The translations under genes and the position numbers were made by a program. Shown here piece by piece: positions 58,173 to 64,000 of a stretch of 64,000 nt of DNA. Origin of the DNA: an uncultured Deferribacteres bacterium (GTDB taxonomy: Bacteria; Zhuqueibacterota; JdFR-76; BMS3Abin05); assembly GCA_964579725.1 (NCBI GenBank), contig CAZOHG010000006.1:22237-86236 (forward strand), written 5' to 3'. Each line of letters begins with the position of its first letter. The stretch's first letter is position 1. The notes under the pieces are model-generated. The model was given only the letters and a program-made list of their open reading frames with translations. It was not told the origin of the DNA and ran no database searches.

Positions 58173-60419
58173 TCAGGCAAAGGCGCTCTCCTGCCCGGAA
58201 TCTTTGACAAAAAGGCAACTGGCTGCCGAGCGCTCGGCAATGTCGTGCATGACAGCACAGCTCAAATTACCGGACATTCCAAATATATTTAAATCAGTTA
58301 AAGGGGCTTTTTCAAGGGATTTTTCAAAGGTACCCACAGGAACCAAAATTTCCGTTCCACGCGGGAGGCGACTTTTTTCGTGTACACGCCGCAAAAAGCG
58401 CTCGGTCTGTCCTTTTGTCTCCTCGCGCGCCACCGAAATGAGCCGAAGTTTGCCCAGCCAGTTATTTTTCAATTGAAGAGCCACCAGCAGCGCCAAATTG
58501 ATATTGGGACTACGCGACCGCAGCCACACATGAACCTGTTTTCGTTCTCCAAAACCGAACTGCGGGTGAAGCGCCAAGATCAAAATCCCCAGACGTTCTC
58601 GTAGGGCAATGGCAATCAATTCTTCCAGGCGTCGGTCTTTGGAGCGATCAGAGCTCATGGTTAAGAAAATCGCGTTGGGGGGAAAGAAAATTCCCTTCAT
58701 TACCTGCGTGGTAATGCTCATTCCCTCCAGAAAATCGTGGGATTCAATAACGGTGGTGGCGGTAAAAATGCCCTCTTTTTTAACCGGTAGAACCAGTTCC
58801 TCCAATTGCGTTTTTAACTCGGATGGGGTCACATCAGGGACTTCTGGCACGCTTGCGTGCTCTTTGCGAAAAAGATTGGCCACCAGTTGCGTGATTTTGC
58901 TCTCCACTCCGCGTTCCAGGATTTTTACGGAAAAAAGCCGCAATGTACCGCGGGGTGCTACAATATCGCGCACAAATTCCATTACGTGCGTCCACCCTTT
59001 TGGCGTTTCCACCGGAATCATGAGATTGGGTTTCCAGGTTTTAGCGCCACTTGGCATGCGTGCGGCTGTCCGAGAAGCCCATTCGGCAATTTCCAGAAAC
59101 AAGCCGCTTCGAATATCGCCGCCCGGTGCTGAAATATCCTGTTTAACCAGCAGGACGTACAAAAGCAAGGTAAAAAATTGGGCGACAAAAGCAAAAATCG
59201 GATTAATCAGGTACATGACCACCAAACACCAGAGACTCCCCAGTAAGGGAACCAAAAGCGGAATATGAAAACTGGGGCGAAAAGAGGGAATGCCGATTCC
59301 TTTTTCGATAAAAACCGCCAGATTAATCATCCCGTACGTCATGAGAAAAAACATGGTCAGAAGCGAAGCGACGGCGTTCAAATTCCACAGAAGCAGGCTT
59401 ATTTCAACCAAAACGGCGGTAAAAAGAATGGCGGTTCTCGGTTCGCCTCCGGTGCTTCGTGCCGCCAATTTTTCGTGGAAGGGAATCAGCTTGTCCTGTC
59501 CCAGTGCCATTAAAATACGCGGCGCGCCCACCAGGGTTCCCAATGCCGAAGAAACCGTCGCTCCCATGATTCCGGCCACAACCGCCCAGGGCCAAAGCGC
59601 CTTGTGCACCATAATCATGTAATCACCCCGAAGCTCCGCAGGCGAGGCTACCCTCCAGAGCCAAAAAGCGACCGCAACGTACATAAAAAATCCCGCTACC
59701 ACAGCCGTTAGCACCCCTGCTGGCAAGCTCTTTTTCGGATTTCGAAGGTCTCCCGACATGGCCGCACCCGCGCCGATTCCGGTAACGGCAGGAAAGAAGA
59801 TGGCGAACACTTTCCAAAAAGAATGTTCATTGAGATGAACCCAGACGGGCACGCGCAGGGATGTCCTTGCACCCGTTAAGAAAAAAGACAACAGGGAAAG
59901 AGCAATAACGGCCATAATGACATATTGAACCTTCATTGCGGCCTTGGCGCTTACGTACGAAAGAATGAGCAGAAAAACGAGCAAAACAGTCGCTACAAGA
60001 TGGAAATTGTGCGTGGGAAAAAGACGAACCCAGAGTTCGGTAAAACCGGTAATATACAGAGTGGCCCCCAAAGCTTGAGACAAATAAAGGGGAATGCCAA
60101 TGGCACCCCCGACCTCTAATCCCAAGGACTTGGAAATCAGTGCGTAGAAGCCACCCGCTCCCACCGGAGTATTGGTTGCCATAGAGGCAAGCGCCAGACT
60201 GGTGGTAATGGTGGCCACGTGTGCCAACAGGATAATCAGCAACGCCCCCAGAATGCCCACGGATCCCACAACCCACCCCAAACGCAAATAGAGAATCACC
60301 CCTATAATGGTGAGAATGGTAGGAGTAAACACACCCTCAAATGTGCCAAAACGATGGGAAGCAAGATTCATTGGTTTGTCATCCAGTTGGAATTTTGTCC
60401 AATATTTTGCCGCCTGCAA
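58173..60419 (-). CDS. cation-chloride cotransporter (SLC12/CCC-like, APC superfamily) with cytoplasmic C-terminal domain
   Basis: 'FGTFEGVFTPTILTIIGVILYLRLGWVVGSVGI' closely parallels the SLC12 TM1 signature '[29 protein letters not shown]'. About 12 TM plus a ~250-aa C-domain. An alternative start at MNLASH (60371) is possible. Confidence 0.65.
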   Translation of the reverse strand: MQAAKYWTKFQLDDKPMNLASHRFGTFEGVFTPTILTIIGVILYLRLGWVVGSVGILGALLIILLAHVATITTSLALASMATNTPVGAGGFYALISKSLGLEVGGAIGIPLYLSQALGATLYITGFTELWVRLFPTHNFHLVATVLLVFLLILSYVSAKAAMKVQYVIMAVIALSLLSFFLTGARTSLRVPVWVHLNEHSFWKVFAIFFPAVTGIGAGAAMSGDLRNPKKSLPAGVLTAVVAGFFMYVAVAFWLWRVASPAELRGDYMIMVHKALWPWAVVAGIMGATVSSALGTLVGAPRILMALGQDKLIPFHEKLAARSTGGEPRTAILFTAVLVEISLLLWNLNAVASLLTMFFLMTYGMINLAVFIEKGIGIPSFRPSFHIPLLVPLLGSLWCLVVMYLINPIFAFVAQFFTLLLYVLLVKQDISAPGGDIRSGLFLEIAEWASRTAARMPSGAKTWKPNLMIPVETPKGWTHVMEFVRDIVAPRGTLRLFSVKILERGVESKITQLVANLFRKEHASVPEVPDVTPSELKTQLEELVLPVKKEGIFTATTVIESHDFLEGMSITTQVMKGIFFPPNAIFLTMSSDRSKDRRLEELIAIALRERLGILILALHPQFGFGERKQVHVWLRSRSPNINLALLVALQLKNNWLGKLRLISVAREETKGQTERFLRRVHEKSRLPRGTEILVPVGTFEKSLEKAPLTDLNIFGMSGNLSCAVMHDIAERSAASCLFVKDSGQESAFA

Positions 60420-60430
60420 TTGCGTTTGTT

Positions 60431-60606
60431 ATTCAGTAGGAACAGGGTTTAATCCCTGCGCTATTCTCCTTTTTCCACACAAGATTCTTTCAGACTGACA
60501 AAGGAGCGGCGGTTGGATTCTACAAGCTGCGGCTGTTTACCTGTCATTCAGTAGGAATCTTGTTCGGGCAATTTCAGCCCCATTCTGCCCCACTTTTCAG
60601 AAGGAA
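60431..60606. promoter_or_regulatory. three operator-like palindromic sites (ATTC-N5-GAAT) in the leader of the CCC transporter gene
   Basis: ATTCAGTAGGAAC (60431-), ATTCAGTAGGAAT (60546-, perfect palindrome arms) and TTTCAGAAGGAAT (60594-), each embedded in about 25 nt of extended similarity. Spacing is 115 nt and 50 nt. Confidence 0.35.
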
Positions 60607-60749
60607 TCCTGTTCAATCCGTGCACCACTTTTCTTTTGCCTAATAAGCCCGAGCGCCCAGTGATCCCAAAATAAAGGCGGGCATCCGAGCAACCGCAATC
60701 CCCGAGTAGTTTGCCTGGCCAGACTACTCGATGGCAGGGACGGCGTTCG

Positions 60750-63110
60750 CTATTCCCTTTTCAGTTCCGCCACAGTCATGCCGGTGCCCCCTTCGTTCCA
60801 ATTGGCCAAGCTGTAGCCCTCCACGTACGGGTGCTGCCGCAGGAAGTCGTGCACTTTTTTCCGCAAAGCGCCGGTGCCCTTTCCGTGAATAATGCGCAAT
60901 TGGCTTAACCCCGCAAGGTAAGCTTGCTCCAGCGCCTTCTCCAAAACAGGTTCCGCTTCGTCCATGGTCATTCCCCGCAAGTCGATTTCATCGGTCGCTC
61001 GTTCTGCGACGGTTCCGCCAACAATCGAAATCCGCCCCTTTTTCTTGCCGGGCGATTTGACTTTTTCAAGCTGATTGAGTTCGACGCTCAATTTCATTTC
61101 CCCGGCTTCTAACCACACCCTTCCCGAGGCGTCCGGATCGGAAATCACCCTGCCCACCACATTCATGGGAATCCATTTTGCCGTGTCCCCCTTGGCGGGT
61201 TTTTGCCCGGTGATTTCGACCTGCGGGGTCATTTCCTCTAAATTTTTCCGAATTTCTTCCCGAAAAGCCTTCACTTCTTCTTTGGTTTTCCGAATACTCT
61301 CCTTTTCCGCCTGTTGAGTACGGATTTCCTTCACGGTTTTCTCGATTAAGGCATTTGCCCGACGAATAATGTGTTGCGATTCTTCCATCGCCTTACGTTT
61401 GAGCTTTTGCTCTTCCTTTCGAAGACGGCCGGTTTTTTCCTGGTATTTTTTCACCAATTCGTCCAACTCGGCTTTTTTCGCTTCGACCTTTTGCAAAGCC
61501 TCCTCGTATTGATTGATTTTCTTTTCCAAATCCAGCAGAAACCGCTCCAATTTTGTGGATTCCTCTCCGGCCAGGTGGCGTGCCTGTTGAATCACGTCAT
61601 CGGGCAGCCCCAGTCGCTGCGCAATTTCAAAGGCATAACTGCTTCCGGGCACGCCGGTGCGAAATCGGTAGGTGGGCTGCAGCGATTCCTCGTCAAAGGT
61701 CATGGAGCCGTTTTCCGCCCCCTCCAGATCGTAGGCGAACGCCTTTAACGCCCCCTGGTGGGTGGTGACCACCGTCAAACAGCCGATTTCCGCCAAACGC
61801 TCCAGAAAGGCCATCGAAAGGGCAGCGCCTTCCAGCGGGTCGGTTCCGGTACCAATTTCGTCAATCAGCACCAAGGAATCGGCTGTGGCTTGCGCCAAAA
61901 CTTCTCCCAAACGGGCAACGTGGGCCGAAAAGGTGGACAAATCCTGCTCCACCGATTGCCAATCGCCGATGTCTACAAAAATACGGTCAAAAACGGGAAA
62001 CTCCGAAAATTCGTCAGCGGTTACCAACAGGCCGGACTGTGCCATGAGCGAAAGGAGGCCAATGGTTTTCAGGGCGACTGTTTTGCCTCCGGCATTGGGG
62101 CCTGTAATCACCAAAATGCGGAATGCGTCCCCCATTTTGAGATTGAGGGGCACCACTTTTTCCGGGGAACCGTATTTTAGCACCAGTCCGGGGAAACGGC
62201 CGTTGCGGATGTCCAAAATGCCGTCGGAAAGAATCGGTTTGTTGGCCTGCAAGCGGAGAGCCACCGCGGCTTTGGCGTGAATTAAATCGAGGGAAGATAG
62301 AGCATCGAGGTCTTCCTCCAGATCGAACAAGTGCACGCGAACCAAGGAGGTCAGCTCGCGCAAAATGCGATCGATTTCGCGCTTTTCCTGCACGTGCAGC
62401 TCGCGAATCCGATTGTTCATTTCAATAATTTCAAGGGGTTCCACAAAAAGCGTAGCGCCTGTTGCGGAGTGGTCGTGGATCAACCCGGGAATCCGCCCGC
62501 GGAATTCTTCCTTTAAAGGAAGCACCATTCGCCCCTCGCGCATGGTAATGACGGTGTCCTGAAGCCAGTCTTTGTGGGATTCCACAATGCTGGCCATGCG
62601 CTTGCGGACGCGGTCAGCGGAGCGGGAAAGCTCCCGACGAATCTGCGCCAGTTCCGGCGAGGCGTTGTCTTTCACCTCCAAGGTGTGTACGTCAATGGCA
62701 TGAGCCAGGACGTTTTCGAGATCACGGAAAGGGTGAAGGCGGGGCAAAAATCGACTTAAATGGGGGTATTTTTCGGTACGAATTCGCAAGTACCGAACAA
62801 TTTTCCGTACCGCCACCAGATTGTGGTAAAGATCGGCCAATTCTTCCACCGTTAGCTGACTGCCTTCGTGGGCGGCCTTGCGAAGGGCGCCCCGGCTGTC
62901 GCGCACGTCTTCAATAGGAAAGGGATCGTCGTAGCGCAGCAAAGCCGTTAGTTCTGCCGTCCAATTCAGTTGGAGGTCGATCAGTTCCGGATCGTGGAGA
63001 AGGGTCAGGGCGCGCGCCAGTTCCCGTGCCGGTTCGGAAAAGGCTTCTTTTTCCACCTCCTTGCGAATTCGGGTAAATTCGAGGGATTGGAAAATTTCTT
63101 CCAGCGTCAC
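60750..63110 (-). CDS. mutS2: endonuclease MutS2 (MutS ATPase plus C-terminal Smr domain)
   Basis: Walker A 'ITGPNAGGKTVALK', 'LIDEIGTGTDPLEGAAL', Smr 'IDLRGMTMDEA...LRIIHGKGTGALRKKVHDFL'. Confidence 0.9.
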   Translation of the reverse strand: MTLEEIFQSLEFTRIRKEVEKEAFSEPARELARALTLLHDPELIDLQLNWTAELTALLRYDDPFPIEDVRDSRGALRKAAHEGSQLTVEELADLYHNLVAVRKIVRYLRIRTEKYPHLSRFLPRLHPFRDLENVLAHAIDVHTLEVKDNASPELAQIRRELSRSADRVRKRMASIVESHKDWLQDTVITMREGRMVLPLKEEFRGRIPGLIHDHSATGATLFVEPLEIIEMNNRIRELHVQEKREIDRILRELTSLVRVHLFDLEEDLDALSSLDLIHAKAAVALRLQANKPILSDGILDIRNGRFPGLVLKYGSPEKVVPLNLKMGDAFRILVITGPNAGGKTVALKTIGLLSLMAQSGLLVTADEFSEFPVFDRIFVDIGDWQSVEQDLSTFSAHVARLGEVLAQATADSLVLIDEIGTGTDPLEGAALSMAFLERLAEIGCLTVVTTHQGALKAFAYDLEGAENGSMTFDEESLQPTYRFRTGVPGSSYAFEIAQRLGLPDDVIQQARHLAGEESTKLERFLLDLEKKINQYEEALQKVEAKKAELDELVKKYQEKTGRLRKEEQKLKRKAMEESQHIIRRANALIEKTVKEIRTQQAEKESIRKTKEEVKAFREEIRKNLEEMTPQVEITGQKPAKGDTAKWIPMNVVGRVISDPDASGRVWLEAGEMKLSVELNQLEKVKSPGKKKGRISIVGGTVAERATDEIDLRGMTMDEAEPVLEKALEQAYLAGLSQLRIIHGKGTGALRKKVHDFLRQHPYVEGYSLANWNEGGTGMTVAELKRE

Positions 63111-63736
63111 GGGACGGATTTCCTGTCCTGGGTTGAATCGGCTATCGCGCGTTTTTGAACGGACTGCAAAAACTCCTTCAGCGGCCCGCCGAGGCTACGG
63201 GTTTTGGACGTGACCGCTTGATGGACTTCCTGGTAAAAATCACCCGTCGAGGGGAACACGGACACCACCCAATTAAAAAGTTCGGGTGCAAACCGGCGTG
63301 TCGGGTAAAAAAGGAGGGATTCCTGCTCTTGGGTGCGGTATTTCTGATTGAGGGGAATTAAACTGACAACCATGACGAGAAGACTCACCAGCAGGGCGCC
63401 GGTGAGCAAGCCGAAGGCAGCACCGCCCAGGCGGTCCACCCAACCCAACATGGTCACACGAAGCACCTTGCGAAGCACACGCGCCAGAACCAGGGTTCCC
63501 CAAAAAACAAGGGCAAAAATCAGGACGAAGCTAAGGATCATCGCCAGGGCCGGCGCAAGGTCCACGACGGAACGGAGCAGAGCGGTGCCCAGACTGAGCC
63601 AGCGCACCGTCAACACGAGACTCAACAGAACAGCCACAAAGCCCATGACTTCCCCGATCAGTCCCTTAAGTGCCCCGCGCAGGGTAAAAATGAGCAAGAT
63701 GGTCAAAATAGCGATGTCAAATAGGGTGAAATGCAT
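63107..63736 (-). CDS. cvpA: CvpA-family membrane protein (colicin V production protein homologue)
   Basis: Four TM plus a soluble tail. It overlaps the mutS2 start by 4 nt; the cvpA-mutS2 arrangement is common in the FCB group. Confidence 0.75.
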   Translation of the reverse strand: MHFTLFDIAILTILLIFTLRGALKGLIGEVMGFVAVLLSLVLTVRWLSLGTALLRSVVDLAPALAMILSFVLIFALVFWGTLVLARVLRKVLRVTMLGWVDRLGGAAFGLLTGALLVSLLVMVVSLIPLNQKYRTQEQESLLFYPTRRFAPELFNWVVSVFPSTGDFYQEVHQAVTSKTRSLGGPLKEFLQSVQKRAIADSTQDRKSVP

Positions 63737-64000
63737 GGGTGCTTTTTGTTGTCCCGTTTGTAGGAAAAATCAACCGTTTCACTTTTTGGGTTCGAATTTT
63801 TTCATTTTTCTCTTTTAAAGGGCACGACGGCCTTTTTTCAAAATTGGTTTTTTAAAATTTTCTGCTGTCGAACTCTCTCGTCAGCTCATTTCCGAGGATG
63901 TGAAAACGTTTTTTTAATAAGCTACCTAAAAACGAAAAAAGTGAACTTGGCGATTGAATTTGGCGCCGCATTCACTTTTCCCAAAACGTGTAACCGACCG

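Noticed and set aside
60421-60750. Possible c-di-AMP (ydaO) riboswitch upstream of the K+/Cl- transporter
   Set aside because: The suggestive strings (GUAGG, GGGUUUAAUCC) are on the strand antisense to the only downstream gene, and I cannot reconstruct the pseudo-twofold helices from the sequence. It is kept only as something to test by cmsearch.
63760-63790. tRNA-like 'GGGTTCGAATT' T-loop string
   Set aside because: No flanking acceptor or T-stem complementarity on either strand, so it is not a tRNA. No tRNA or rRNA genes were found anywhere in the window.
1-64000. CRISPR arrays, IS elements, integrases, phage or defence islands
   Set aside because: There are no regularly spaced identical repeats, no transposase/integrase/recombinase-like ORFs and no terminal inverted repeats. 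The window reads as core or accessory chromosomal DNA rather than a mobile element.

Overview
This 64-kb window looks like chromosomal DNA from a bacterium with a type IX secretion system (T9SS), probably a member of the Fibrobacteres-Chlorobi-Bacteroidetes (FCB) group. Four proteins end in the T9SS C-terminal sorting domain (C-terminal domain, CTD) ('NYPNPFNPTT...KLLLLK'), and GC content is about 52%. It carries about 40 genes with no transposase, integrase, CRISPR, rRNA or tRNA. The content is a mix of metabolism, transport, T9SS cargo, regulation and housekeeping.

Metabolic genes are a radical-SAM/SPASM maturase with an unusual SurA_N-like N-terminal domain, a GNAT acetyltransferase / GHMP kinase / ROK-regulator cluster, acyl-CoA dehydrogenase, a DHOD-family flavoprotein, upp, a THUMP RNA methyltransferase and an HDAC-like deacetylase. 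Transporters are two sodium:solute symporters, the fluoride channel CrcB, an MntH-Usp fusion, a heterodimeric ABC exporter pair, MFS, an MMPL/RND pump in a TetR / LolA-like / beta-barrel operon, and a bacterial SLC12/CCC homologue.

T9SS cargo comprises a 1382-aa protein with CarboxypepD_reg repeats and a lamin-tail domain, a GH114 glycosidase, an AttH-like protein and a truncated remnant.

Cell-wall genes are a C69 dipeptidase, a large amidase-like lipoprotein and a DUF1460-like lipoprotein. Housekeeping genes are cvpA-mutS2.

The most unusual element is a 1871-aa cytoplasmic protein at 37849-43464. It appears to join two class-I/II aminotransferase-fold domains (the first degenerate, the second with a PLP-lysine motif) to a divergent phosphoenolpyruvate-carboxylase-like C-terminal region. 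A flotillin-like gene lies 40 nt upstream and a sugar-isomerase-like gene with an in-frame TAG lies downstream.

A well-formed fluoride riboswitch precedes crcB-DUF190.
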